From: Terriglobia bacterium
GTDB taxonomy: Bacteria; Acidobacteriota; Terriglobia; Terriglobales; Acidobacteriaceae
Reading direction: 5' to 3'
NCBI GenBank assembly: GCA_020073165.1
Contig: JAIQFP010000026.1
Location: 1-24,000, forward strand
Length of the DNA stretch: 24,000 bases
Part shown: positions 1-8,665 of the stretch, piece after piece
Layout: each line of letters opens with the position of its first letter
How positions within the stretch are numbered: position 1 is the stretch's first letter
Made by a program: the position numbers and the translations under genes
Notes under the pieces: generated by a model
The model's input: only the letters and a program-made list of their open reading frames with translations
Told to the model about the DNA's origin: nothing
The model's database searches: none

Positions 1-108
1 AAAGCTGATGTGCTTGTCGATAAGCCGTAGCAGATGGTTTTCAGGAACCTGATCTTCCAGACGGAAGTAGTAGAACAGCGCTTCGGAGCGGTCGTGTTGC
101 CCCATCAT
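1..108 (-). mobile_element. 5' end of an IS5/IS1182-superfamily (DUF772-type N-terminus) transposase gene; the rest lies beyond the left edge
   Basis: Reverse-strand translation from ATGATG at 108..103 reads MMGQHDRSEALFYYFRLEDQVPENHLLRLIDKHISF and stays open to position 1. The pattern MMG...LFYxFxLExxVPxxHLLRxID is the conserved N-terminus of this transposase family. The fragment is absent from the ORF track because it is truncated. An in-frame ATG at 147..145 is an alternative start. Confidence 0.65.
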
Positions 109-309
109 GATCAGCAGGCCTCCAACGATGAGAATCCAACAGAGCATGGACGAATGCTTTCTTCTAACACGCCTCGGCTGAATCTCATCCTGCTAATCGA
201 AGTGACTTTTTCAACACCCACAGGCGATTGCACTCAAAACCCCGATCTGGGCAGAGACCTTGGAGGTCTTTCGGGTCCCCGCGCTGTCCTCAGCCGTTAC
301 AATTGACTC

Positions 310-570
310 ATGTTTGCCCGCAGAATCCGAGTGGAGTACGAACGCAACGGCCAGCGGCTGCCCTGCCAACTCAAGTGGCTGGACAGTTTCTCCATGCGCA
401 ACTTCACCAACGCCGCAGCGTTCGATGACACTTTGCCGGTGGCCGATGGGATCATGGAGATCGGCACCCACGTTCCTCTGGAAAAGTTGACGGACGCAAT
501 GCAGGACTGGTTCCGGCGCAAGAGCTACATGGCGAAAGATGACAAGTTGCTGATCACTGATACAAAGTGA
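310..570 (+). CDS. hypothetical small protein (86 aa), no family recognised
   Basis: Intact ORF with the strong G/C third-position bias seen in the confident genes here and a balanced amino-acid composition. The antisense ORFs over it look like GC artefacts. No obvious Shine-Dalgarno sequence upstream. Confidence 0.45.
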   Translation: MFARRIRVEYERNGQRLPCQLKWLDSFSMRNFTNAAAFDDTLPVADGIMEIGTHVPLEKLTDAMQDWFRRKSYMAKDDKLLITDTK

Positions 571-790
571 GTAAAGGGATTTGTCCGATCCAGTAAGGGG
601 ATGACCGTAGAGCGGTGATCCCGCCCCCAGCGCAGAGGGCCTTTGTAAAGAAGCTTTTACAAAACCTTGACCTTCCGGTGGCCTGGCGCTGCTTTCTCCC
701 TGCCATTATGGCATCTCATAAGAGAGCAACACTCCGGACCGGCATAACGCAGTCCGCCGGTCTGGGGGGTGCTCACGGCAACGGGAGACC

Positions 791-1027
791 ATGATGACAA
801 CCATGAACTGCATACAAACGAACTCATTTTCTGTGGCTTCAGGAACGACTCCAGAACAAGCCCGGTTCGATTACGGCGCGGAGTGGCGGCGGATGGCGTT
901 GCAGAGCGTCGCAGTCCGGAAAAGGCGGCTGAATTGGGACAAGGTGATGGGTTTATGCGTGATGGCGGGGGTCAGTGCGGCAGGATGGACGGCTGCGGGC
1001 ATGGTCATCTCCCGCCTGCTGCGGTAA
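791..1027 (+). CDS. hypothetical small protein (78 aa) with a C-terminal hydrophobic anchor
   Basis: ORF preceded by GGGAGA a few nt upstream of the ATGATG start. The C-terminal stretch VMGLCVMAGVSAAGWTAAGMVISRLL looks like one transmembrane helix. No family recognised. Confidence 0.4.
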   Translation: MMTTMNCIQTNSFSVASGTTPEQARFDYGAEWRRMALQSVAVRKRRLNWDKVMGLCVMAGVSAAGWTAAGMVISRLLR

Positions 1028-1061
1028 TCACCCTGCGGAGTAGAAGGGGTCAGGGCTACGG

Positions 1062-1622
1062 CTATTTGTCGTAGTGCAATAGCGAGAACACGTCGTAGCC
1101 CTTCAGTTTTTCCCGGCCTTTCAGAAAATCCAACTCCACCACAAAGCCCAGGCCGGCGATTTCCGCGCCCAGCGAAGTGGCCAGCTTGACGGTGGCCTGG
1201 GCGGTTCCGCCGGTCGCCAGCAAGTCGTCCACGATAATCACCCGCTGGCCTTTCTGGATGGCGTCTTTGTGGACCTCCAGCGCGTTGCTGCCGTACTCCA
1301 GTTCATACTCCGCTTTGGCAGTCGCGGCCGGCAGCTTTCCCGGCTTGCGCACGGGCACGAAGCCGGCGTTCAGACGGTAGGCGAGCGCGGGGCCAAAGAT
1401 AAAGCCGCGCGCCTCCATCCCCAGAATCAGGTCGGCTTTCTTCGGCAGGTAATACTCCGCCAGTGCATCGATCAGGGTGGCAAAGCCCAGCTTGTCCTTG
1501 AGCAGGGTCGTGATGTCGTAAAAGAGAATGCCCTTCTTGGGGAAATCGGGTACTTCGCGGATGAGCTTTTTCAGCGGCTCGCAGTTGACACCGCCCTTGA
1601 TCGGCACCGTCTTGCTCTGCAT
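1062..1622 (-). CDS. apt: adenine phosphoribosyltransferase
   Basis: The 186-aa product carries [20 protein letters not shown] and the PRPP-binding loop [15 protein letters not shown], typical of APRT. GAAGGAG lies 8 nt upstream of the ATG. The start directly abuts the stop of the upstream acyP. Confidence 0.92.
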   Translation of the reverse strand: MQSKTVPIKGGVNCEPLKKLIREVPDFPKKGILFYDITTLLKDKLGFATLIDALAEYYLPKKADLILGMEARGFIFGPALAYRLNAGFVPVRKPGKLPAATAKAEYELEYGSNALEVHKDAIQKGQRVIIVDDLLATGGTAQATVKLATSLGAEIAGLGFVVELDFLKGREKLKGYDVFSLLHYDK

Positions 1623-1925
1623 TTACCAGGCTCCTTCGATGCGAAACGCGCTTAGGCCAGGGACCGGCTTGGCTTCGAACTCTTCAACGTCATCCACGCG
1701 CGCAGCGCGCGGGCCCTCGCGCAGTCGCGACCGCAATCCGGAGAGCTGATCACGGGTGCCGATGGCGAACACTTCCACGCTGCTGTCGAGATTGTTGCGC
1801 ACCCATCCCGCGATCCCAAGGATGTGGGCTTCCCGCTCCACGAACCAACGGAAGCCGACGCCTTGTACGCGGCCGCGCACCAGGAAACGGCGAGCGTGGA
1901 CGGCAGATCTTTCAGCGGTGGTCAT
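1623..1925 (-). CDS. acyP: acylphosphatase
   Basis: Contains VRGRVQGVGFRWFVEREAHILGIAGWVRNNLDSSVEV, the acylphosphatase signature. I chose the first ATG (1925, giving 100 aa); the ORF track begins at a TTG at 1952. The stop codon is immediately followed by the apt ATG. Confidence 0.85.
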   Translation of the reverse strand: MTTAERSAVHARRFLVRGRVQGVGFRWFVEREAHILGIAGWVRNNLDSSVEVFAIGTRDQLSGLRSRLREGPRAARVDDVEEFEAKPVPGLSAFRIEGAW

Positions 1926-1981
1926 CGGCGCAGATAGTGACGCTGCTCGCAACGTACCAACAGGAATCCTTCCCGCAAACG

Positions 1982-2009
1982 CGTAGACGCAGCAAGCTGC
2001 GTCTCTACG
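1982..2009 (-). terminator. imperfect palindrome 24 nt downstream of efp (candidate terminator or REP-like hairpin)
   Basis: CGTAGACGCAGCAAGCTGCGTCTCTACG: a 7-bp perfect stem GACGCAG/CTGCGTC with loop CAAG, plus an outer CGTA/TACG stem with a 2-nt bulge. No clear T-tract follows on the minus strand. Confidence 0.35.
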
Positions 2010-2033
2010 AGATCGTGAACAGGTTAAACAGGA

Positions 2034-2594
2034 CTACGCCCGCGACAAATACACACCCTCAGCCGTATCCACCCGGATCTTCTCGCCTTCATTGATGAAC
2101 GGCGGCACGTATACCACCAGCCCGGTTTCGGTCTTGGCCGGCTTGGTAACGCTCGACGCCGTCGCGCTCTTCAGTCCCGGCTCGGTTTCGACCACGGTGA
2201 GCTCCACCGTCTGCGGCAACTCGATCCCTACCGCCTTGCCGTCAAAAAACTCGACCTTGATCTGCAAATTCGGGATGAGATAGTCAACGGCGTCACCCAG
2301 AATTTCCTTGGTCAGGTGGGTCTGCTCGTAATTGGAAGTATCCATGAAGTAGTAGCTGTCGCCGTCGGCGTACAGGAACTCCATTTCGACTTCGTCCACG
2401 TTGATTCTCTCAATGGGGTCGGGAGAACGGAAGCGGTGCTCAAACATGGCGCCCGTCCGCAGGTTCCGCAGTTTGGCCTGGATAAAGGCGCGCAGGTTGC
2501 CGGGGGTGCGGTGCTCGACGCTGAATACGGAATGCAGATCATTATTGTGCTTGATGATCATGCCGGGGCGAAGCTGGGTGGCGGGAATAGCCAT
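2034..2594 (-). CDS. efp: translation elongation factor P
   Basis: The 186-aa product is typical of EF-P from its start MAIPATQLRPGMIIKHNNDLHSVFSVEHRTPGNLRAFIQAKLRNLRTGA through to its C-terminal OB domains. GGAGAG lies upstream of the ATG. Confidence 0.95.
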   Translation of the reverse strand: MAIPATQLRPGMIIKHNNDLHSVFSVEHRTPGNLRAFIQAKLRNLRTGAMFEHRFRSPDPIERINVDEVEMEFLYADGDSYYFMDTSNYEQTHLTKEILGDAVDYLIPNLQIKVEFFDGKAVGIELPQTVELTVVETEPGLKSATASSVTKPAKTETGLVVYVPPFINEGEKIRVDTAEGVYLSRA

Positions 2595-2842
2595 TGCGAA
2601 GTAACTCTCCTTTAATTGCGCATTTCGGCTAGTGGGTCAGCGGAAGGCGGACAGGCCACATTTCACGCCGCACCTACGGGGATCAAAGTCTTTATTTTAC
2701 ACGGGCTTGAGCCGATATAGGAAATCGGATTACCGCCGTTGCTCGTCTCTTGGGATTTTGCGGGCGTGCAAGGCAGCCCGACAGCTAGAATGAACATAAG
2801 CGAACCCAAGACAATCTTTGTGCGAGTAGAAAGGGTGGCCTT

Positions 2843-3148
2843 ATGCGTTTCGGAAAATATGAGCCTTCGGACAAGAGCAGTGTGGGAACTGCCGTCACGT
2901 TCCTGCTGATCGGCATGGGCGCGGGGGCGCTGGCGGCGCTGCTGCTGGCTCCCAAGAGCGGCAAACAGTTGCGCAAGGACCTGCGGCGCAAGTACGAGGG
3001 TGCGCTGGACACGCTGGATGATTGGAAAGACGAAGCCAAAGAGCGTGCCGAAGATGTCCTCGACCGGGGAGCAGAACTGGCCGACGAACTGCGCGGCGCG
3101 GCGCGGGAAAAAGTAGCACCGTTAGGACGCGCGCTGCGACGGGAATAG
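2843..3148 (+). CDS. YtxH domain-containing protein (small membrane-anchored stress-type protein)
   Basis: An N-terminal transmembrane helix is followed by LLLAPKSGKQLRKDLRRK and a charged helical tail, which is the YtxH pattern. Confidence 0.8.
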   Translation: MRFGKYEPSDKSSVGTAVTFLLIGMGAGALAALLLAPKSGKQLRKDLRRKYEGALDTLDDWKDEAKERAEDVLDRGAELADELRGAAREKVAPLGRALRRE

Positions 3149-3217
3149 AGAAAGACTGGCAGCGAGCAGCGCGGGAAGGCGTCATTCCGGACTGGCCGCT
3201 CACTACCCGCTACTTCA

Positions 3218-4105
3218 CTAGTACAACCGGAAGATCACTTCCACGTTGATCTGGACCGCGACCGGCTGGCCGTCTTTCCGGGCTGGCTCGAAACGCCAGG
3301 TGCGGACCGCTTCCAGCGCTTTTTCGTCCAGACCCATGCCCAGGGTCCGCGCGACGCGTATGTCGCGAGGGCGGCCATCTGCCCCTACGATCATCCACAG
3401 CACGACTGTACCCTGATATTTCGCTTTCCGCGCCTCTTCCGAGTACTCGGGGTCGGGCGCATAGAGTGTGCGGGGTGCACTCACGCCTCCACCCACGCGA
3501 TAGAGGCCACCCCCGATGCCGCCACCCTGCCCGGGACCGACGCCGGGGCCGCGTCCCGATCCCACACCGCCCCCACTGCCACTGCCGATACCTCCGCCGT
3601 AACCAGTGCCGTTGGAAGGCGGCCCAAGCACGTTGGACAGGGGATCGCCGACCACGCCGAGCTGCGGCAACTTGAGGTCTGGCGGCCCGACTACTGTCGG
3701 GTCGAACGCCAGTTTGGGATTCTCATTGCGCACCACCACCGCGGGAGGCGTGATCTGTTCCCTGGCAAACTTGGGCGGGGATCCCTTGGACGCCTGCAGC
3801 TTGTCGCGATCGCCGCCGCCACCCCCGCCGCCCGACTCTTTGCCGGACGCCGGCAGGATGTAAGGAGACACGTCGGAGACCAAGCCGATCACTTGCCGCT
3901 TGATCTGCTGTTGGTGCTCGACCGCCCAATGCCCGGACCAAATCAGCAGGGCGGCAACCAGGACATTCACGACATAAGACAAGACAAAGGCAGCCGGGCG
4001 GGCGCGGTAGACTCCGTAGCCCTCCCCGAACAAGGTAGGTAGGACAGGCATCTGCCCGGCCACAGGAGGCCGCGCTGGAATCGGCGCCCTCTGCGCTACC
4101 GACAT
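3218..4105 (-). CDS. energy transducer TonB family protein with a glycine-rich linker
   Basis: N-terminal membrane anchor (AAFVLSYVVNVLVAALLIW). C-terminal TonB domain (PEYSEEARKAKYQGTVVLWMIVGADGRPRDIRVARTLGMGLDEKALEAVRTWRFEPARKDGQPV). The linker is Gly-rich (GGGGGGGD; GYGGGIGSGSGGGVGSGRGPGVGPGQGGGIGGG). Confidence 0.85.
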   Translation of the reverse strand: MSVAQRAPIPARPPVAGQMPVLPTLFGEGYGVYRARPAAFVLSYVVNVLVAALLIWSGHWAVEHQQQIKRQVIGLVSDVSPYILPASGKESGGGGGGGDRDKLQASKGSPPKFAREQITPPAVVVRNENPKLAFDPTVVGPPDLKLPQLGVVGDPLSNVLGPPSNGTGYGGGIGSGSGGGVGSGRGPGVGPGQGGGIGGGLYRVGGGVSAPRTLYAPDPEYSEEARKAKYQGTVVLWMIVGADGRPRDIRVARTLGMGLDEKALEAVRTWRFEPARKDGQPVAVQINVEVIFRLY

Positions 4106-4260
4106 AGTGTTTCTCAGCGTAAGTATAGCTCCCAGAGGGGCCGGATGCCTGTGATCCCCATCACCGCGCCCCTGACCCAGGCTCCCATTTCCAATCGGTT
4201 TCCCATGCCAATGGAAAACCGGCGATCCTCAGCAGTCTGCGATTTCGGAATTAGACCATC

Positions 4261-7020
4261 TTAGACCTGCAGTTCCGCCCGGATGGTGCCGTCCTCCAGG
4301 TTGGACTCCAGACGAAACCCCAATTTCTGAGCGATGGTCCGCATGTCACGGTTTTCCACCAGGATCGTGGAGACCACACGCTCCAGCTTTTCCTCCCGGG
4401 CCACACCCACCAGCCGGCGATAAAGTTCTGTGCCCATCCCCTGGTGCTGGTACCGGTCGTCCACCAAAACTGCCAGTTCCGCCTCGTTGGTGCCGCGCAG
4501 CTTGCTGAGGCGGCCAATCCCGATGATTTCCGGCGTGCCGTCTTCCCTCCTGTGCTCCACTGCCAGCGCCATCTCGCGGTCGTAGTCAATGAAGCAGATG
4601 CGGGTCAGGCGCTCGTGCGCGGTGCGCTGGCTTAGCTTCAGCGGCTGGAAATAGCGCAGATACACCGTGCGCTCCGACAGCGCCTGGTGCAGCTTGATCA
4701 GCAAGGGCTCATCCTCGGGACGAATGGGGCGAATGGTCACGTCTTCGCCGTTCTTCATCTTCCAGGGCTTGACGTATTGGGTGGGATACGGCCGAATGGC
4801 CAGCCTGGGAAGCATATCCCGCTTTACCTCCGGGCCATAGACCACCACGCGCGCATCCAGCGCCAGTAGCCGCTCGGACGAAGCCAGCAGCGGGTTGATG
4901 TCAATCTCCCGGATCCAGGGCTGCTCGACCAGCAACTGGCTGAAGCGCACCAGCAGTTCTTCGAGCGCCGCCAGATCCACCGCTTTGCGCCCACGCACTC
5001 CGCTCAGCGCTTCGAAGACCTTGGTCTGCTCCATCATGCGCCGGGCAAGCGTCGTGTTCAGCGGCGGCAGCGCCAGGGCACGGTCTTTAAACACCTCCAC
5101 CAGTTGGCCGCCGGCGCCGAACAGCACCACCGGGCCAAACTGCGGATCGACGCTTGAGCCTACGATGATTTCGTAGCCATCGAGTCTGACCATCGGCTGC
5201 ACGGTGACGCCCAGGAAGTGTTCCGCCCCCGCTTTCTCCCGCACCGAGTTTTCGATTTGCTGGTAAGCGCGACGGACCGCATCAGCATCCCGCAGGTTGA
5301 GCTGCACCCCGCCAACATCGGTCTTGTGAGTAATGGTTTCGGAAAACAGCTTGAGCACGACGGGATATCCGATTTCTTGGGCGCGCTCCGCGGCCTCGCT
5401 CTCGCTGCTCGCCGTGACCGTAAGCACCGTGGGTATGCCGTATGCCGCCAGCAACTGCTTCGACTCCACCTCGGTGAGGATGGTCCGCCCTGCCTGCCGA
5501 GCGCGCTGCACGATGTGTCCCGCCGCCGTCCGGTCGGGGCCTTCTTCCGACTCTTCCCGCAACACCGGCGTTTCGTACAGGCCGCGCAGGTTGTAGCTGT
5601 ACCGCCACATGTAATAGAAGACCTTGGCAGCCGTGTCGGGAAATGGAAAATTGGGGATGCCCGCCCGGTTGAGGATGTCGCGGCCGGCGGCAACCTCCGG
5701 GCCTCCCATCCAACTCGCGATGATCGGCTTACCCGTCTGGGCGAGGGCTTTGATTTGCTCTGCGGTCTGGGTGGGCTCGGCCATTCCCTGGGGGCAGGTG
5801 ACTGCCAGCACGCCATCCACGTTCGGGTCATGCACCGCAATTTCGGCGACCTTAGCGTATTTTTCCGGAGAGGCATCGCCCAGAATGTCGATGGGATTGC
5901 TGTGGCTCCAGTGCGGCGGCAACATTTTGTTGAGCTCGTCCATGGACTTGGCGGAAAGTTCCGCCAGTTGCCCGCCGTTGAAGATGAGCGAATCGGCGGC
6001 CAGCACCCCCGGCCCGCCAGCATTAGTGACGATCGCCAGGCGGGGCCCCTTCGGGCGCGGTTGCTTGGCTAACACGTCCGCCATATAGAACAGGTCTGCG
6101 AGGGTATTCACCCGCAGCACGCCGCAGCGCCGGAAGGCTGCCTCCAGCACCTCGTCGCTTCCGGTCAGGGCACCGGTGTGCGAGGCCGCTGCGTGTGCCG
6201 CCGCCTCCGTGCGCCCCGGCTTGATCACGATGATGGGTTTGTTCAGCGAGACCTCGCGCGCCGCCGACAAGAACGAGCGCGCGTCCCCCACCGACTCCAT
6301 GTACATGACAATGCTGTGGGTGCGCGGATCATTGCCCAAGTAATCGATCAAGTCGCCCCAGCCCACATCGAGCATGGAGCCTACGGAGACGAACACACTG
6401 AAGCCGACCATTTCTTTCTGGCACCAGTCGAGGATCGCGGTACACAAGGCCCCGCTTTGGCTGATGAAGGCCACGTTGCCGGCTCTGGCGATGTTAGGGG
6501 CAAAGGTGGCGTTCAGCCCGCTGAGCGGATTCATCACCCCCAGGCAGTTGGGACCGATCAGCCGCATCCTGCTGCCGCGCATGCGCTCCAGGATCTGACG
6601 TTCGAGTTCCTGGCCCTTCTCGCCGTGTTCTTTGAAGCCGGCGGAGATCACGATACAGCCGCGAATTCCCGCTTCTACGCACTCGGTGATGATGTCGGGA
6701 ACGGTGGCGGCGGGAGTCACCACCACTGCGAGGTCCACCTGTTCGGGAATGTCCGCCACCCGGGGATACGCCTTGATTCCCAGCACGCTGGTGCGTTTGT
6801 CGCTGACCGGGTACACGGTGCCGCCAAACGGGCTGCTCACCAGGCTCCACAAAACGGCGCGGCCGATGCTCCCCTGGCGTTCGCTGGCGCCGATCACGGC
6901 TACGCTGTGCGGCGTAAAGATGGCGTCCAGAGGATGCCCCTCGGAACGCAAGACATCGTGCGCCTTATCATGACTGGGCTGGACCTTGCTGGCTGGCTTG
7001 GCGGGTTTGACAGTGCTCAT
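4261..7020 (-). CDS. bifunctional ADP-forming acyl-CoA synthetase-like / GNAT N-acetyltransferase (Pat/YfiQ-type protein acetyltransferase architecture)
   Basis: The domain order can be read from the translation: CoA-binding domain ([18 protein letters not shown]), succinyl-CoA-ligase-like domain, ATP-grasp domain ([23 protein letters not shown]), then a C-terminal GNAT ([10 protein letters not shown]...[17 protein letters not shown]). I placed the start at ATG 7020 (MSTVKPAKP), which has GGAGG upstream. The track ORF extends 21 codons further to 7083. Confidence 0.88.
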   Translation of the reverse strand: MSTVKPAKPASKVQPSHDKAHDVLRSEGHPLDAIFTPHSVAVIGASERQGSIGRAVLWSLVSSPFGGTVYPVSDKRTSVLGIKAYPRVADIPEQVDLAVVVTPAATVPDIITECVEAGIRGCIVISAGFKEHGEKGQELERQILERMRGSRMRLIGPNCLGVMNPLSGLNATFAPNIARAGNVAFISQSGALCTAILDWCQKEMVGFSVFVSVGSMLDVGWGDLIDYLGNDPRTHSIVMYMESVGDARSFLSAAREVSLNKPIIVIKPGRTEAAAHAAASHTGALTGSDEVLEAAFRRCGVLRVNTLADLFYMADVLAKQPRPKGPRLAIVTNAGGPGVLAADSLIFNGGQLAELSAKSMDELNKMLPPHWSHSNPIDILGDASPEKYAKVAEIAVHDPNVDGVLAVTCPQGMAEPTQTAEQIKALAQTGKPIIASWMGGPEVAAGRDILNRAGIPNFPFPDTAAKVFYYMWRYSYNLRGLYETPVLREESEEGPDRTAAGHIVQRARQAGRTILTEVESKQLLAAYGIPTVLTVTASSESEAAERAQEIGYPVVLKLFSETITHKTDVGGVQLNLRDADAVRRAYQQIENSVREKAGAEHFLGVTVQPMVRLDGYEIIVGSSVDPQFGPVVLFGAGGQLVEVFKDRALALPPLNTTLARRMMEQTKVFEALSGVRGRKAVDLAALEELLVRFSQLLVEQPWIREIDINPLLASSERLLALDARVVVYGPEVKRDMLPRLAIRPYPTQYVKPWKMKNGEDVTIRPIRPEDEPLLIKLHQALSERTVYLRYFQPLKLSQRTAHERLTRICFIDYDREMALAVEHRREDGTPEIIGIGRLSKLRGTNEAELAVLVDDRYQHQGMGTELYRRLVGVAREEKLERVVSTILVENRDMRTIAQKLGFRLESNLEDGTIRAELQV

Positions 7021-7201
7021 AAAGTTCAAAGTGTACCTCCTGGAGAGGCATCCGTCTGTGACCGGAAGCACAAGCACCCGCAATTTCCCTGCGATTCAGC
7101 GGCGGACCCATAGTAAAATCTGCGCCATCAACCTGCCTTTGGCAGTGTGGGGTAACGTGGCGTTTTTTTGTGCCGCGACGGTTCCGACCTCGGAGGATTG
7201 G

Positions 7202-7357
7202 ATGGAGCAACGGGCCCCGGGAAGTTCCTCGGCGGCGAATTCGCCTGCCGCCAAGACATCGCACCGCAACGTCTGGGTGGTCACCGCCTACGCGATCACC
7301 GGTCTGGCAGTGTTCGCAGTGCTGGCTTACTACCTGAGCAATTACCTCGCGCGCTAG
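7202..7357 (+). CDS. hypothetical 51-aa membrane protein
   Basis: GGAGGA lies 5 nt upstream of ATG 7202. The C-terminal half VWVVTAYAITGLAVFAVLAYYLSNYL is one clear transmembrane helix. It is divergent from the Pat-like gene. Small size keeps confidence moderate. Confidence 0.45.
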   Translation: MEQRAPGSSSAANSPAAKTSHRNVWVVTAYAITGLAVFAVLAYYLSNYLAR

Positions 7358-7542
7358 CGCGCAGATCGCACCGCAGGAACGGCGCGGCCCACGTGTGCCT
7401 GATCTTGCGGAGAGAACGCGTGACAGCGCCATGCTCGGTCTCCCCTGCCGCCGTCTGCGAACGTGCTACAATGACCCGCGTTTAAACCGTTTCTCCGGTT
7501 GACGAACGCCCAGCGGATTCCCCACAGTTCAGTAAGAGCGGA

Positions 7543-8604
7543 TTGACTCACGTGGCCCACGACCCCTCGAACCCAGCCAGCATCACCTATGCCGACGCGG
7601 GCGTCGACATTGATCGCGCCAATCGCACCAAGAAGCGCATCAAGTACCTGGCCCATAAGACCTTCACCCGGGGCGTGCTGAGCGAAATTGGCGGGTTCGG
7701 CGGACTGTTCTCGATCGACAAAACCAAGTACGTCGATCCCGTGCTGGTCTCGAGCGTAGATGGCGTGGGCACCAAGCTCAAGATCGCCTTCGAGATGAAC
7801 CTGCACCACACCGTGGGCGCCGATCTGGTCAATCATTGCGTCAATGACATTGCTGTGCAGGGCGCCGCGCCGCTGTTTTTCATGGATTACCTCGCCACCG
7901 GCAAGCTCGACCCCGAAATCGCCGAGAAGGTAGTCGAAGGCCTGGCCGACGCCTGCAAGCACAACGGCTGCGCCCTGATCGGCGGCGAGACCGCCGAGAT
8001 GCCCGGCTTCTATCCGGAAGGCGAATACGACCTCGCCGGCTTCATCGTGGGCGTGGTCGAGCGCGAGCGCATCATCACCGGCAAGGCGGTCGAAGTCGGT
8101 GACGTCATTCTAGGCCTGGCTTCCAACGGCCTGCACACCAACGGCTACTCCCTCGCCCGCAAGCTGCTGTTCGAAGTCGCCCACTACACACCCGACACCT
8201 ACGTCAACGAACTCAAAGGCAAAGTCGGCAACGAACTCATGCGCACCCACAAGAGCTACTGGCCGGCCGTCAAGCGTCTGGTGGACGGCGAATGCGTCTC
8301 GGCGATGGCCCACATCACCGGCGGAGGCATCACCGAAAATCTGCCCCGGGTTTTGCCCCGCGGGGTCGCCGCAGTCATCGAAATCAACTCTTGGCCGATT
8401 CCCCCGATTTTTGAGCACATGCAGACGCTGGGCAACGTCCCCCAGGACGAAATGCTGCGCACCTTCAACATGGGCCTGGGCATGCTGCTGGTAGTGCCGT
8501 CGAAGAAATTCAAGAAGGCGCACACTTTGCTGGAGCGGGCAGGCGAGAAAGCTTATACCGTCGGGCGGATTGTTAAGGGCGAGAGAAGGGTGATGTACAC
8601 GTAA
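7543..8604 (+). CDS. purM: phosphoribosylformylglycinamidine cyclo-ligase (AIR synthetase)
   Basis: The 353-aa product contains YADAGVDIDRAN, GGFGGLF, SSVDGVGTKLKIA, DYLATGKL and AHITGGG, which are characteristic PurM motifs. The start is non-ATG (TTG 7543, with GTG 7552 as an alternative). Confidence 0.93.
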   Translation: MTHVAHDPSNPASITYADAGVDIDRANRTKKRIKYLAHKTFTRGVLSEIGGFGGLFSIDKTKYVDPVLVSSVDGVGTKLKIAFEMNLHHTVGADLVNHCVNDIAVQGAAPLFFMDYLATGKLDPEIAEKVVEGLADACKHNGCALIGGETAEMPGFYPEGEYDLAGFIVGVVERERIITGKAVEVGDVILGLASNGLHTNGYSLARKLLFEVAHYTPDTYVNELKGKVGNELMRTHKSYWPAVKRLVDGECVSAMAHITGGGITENLPRVLPRGVAAVIEINSWPIPPIFEHMQTLGNVPQDEMLRTFNMGLGMLLVVPSKKFKKAHTLLERAGEKAYTVGRIVKGERRVMYT

Positions 8605-8615
8605 GAACCGCGTAG

Positions 8616-8654
8616 GGACAGCCGCTTCGGCTGTCCAGCCGAGCGACGCTCGGC
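8616..8654. terminator. two adjacent GC-rich hairpins between convergent purM and the thyX-like gene (candidate bidirectional terminator)
   Basis: 8616-8636 is GGACAGCCGCTTCGGCTGTCC (8-9 bp perfect stem). 8638-8654 is GCCGAGCGACGCTCGGC (7 bp stem), followed by CTTTCC. Together they fill most of the 61-bp gap between convergent stop codons. Confidence 0.5.
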
Positions 8655-8665
8655 CTTTCCCGTGT

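Noticed and set aside
34-306. 90-aa plus-strand ORF at the left edge
   Set aside because: It overlaps, in antisense, the recognisable transposase N-terminus on the minus strand (1-108), and the remainder lies in the presumed IS end. No motif or SD.
1622-1625. acyP stop codon directly abutting the apt start (TAA-ATG) as something unusual
   Set aside because: This is ordinary translational coupling in a compact operon and is noted only as supporting evidence for the gene calls.
7021-7083. Upstream 21-codon extension of the Pat-like ORF (start at 7083)
   Set aside because: The ATG at 7020 has a GGAGG upstream and gives an N-terminus of usual length. The extension ([21 protein letters not shown]) has no support. 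The true start remains unverified.
5160-7113. Several 280-310-aa ORFs in other frames (5160-6023 minus, 5218-6072 plus, 6178-7113 plus)
   Set aside because: All are nested in or antisense to the Pat-like gene, and their products are Arg/Pro/Gly-rich nonsense.
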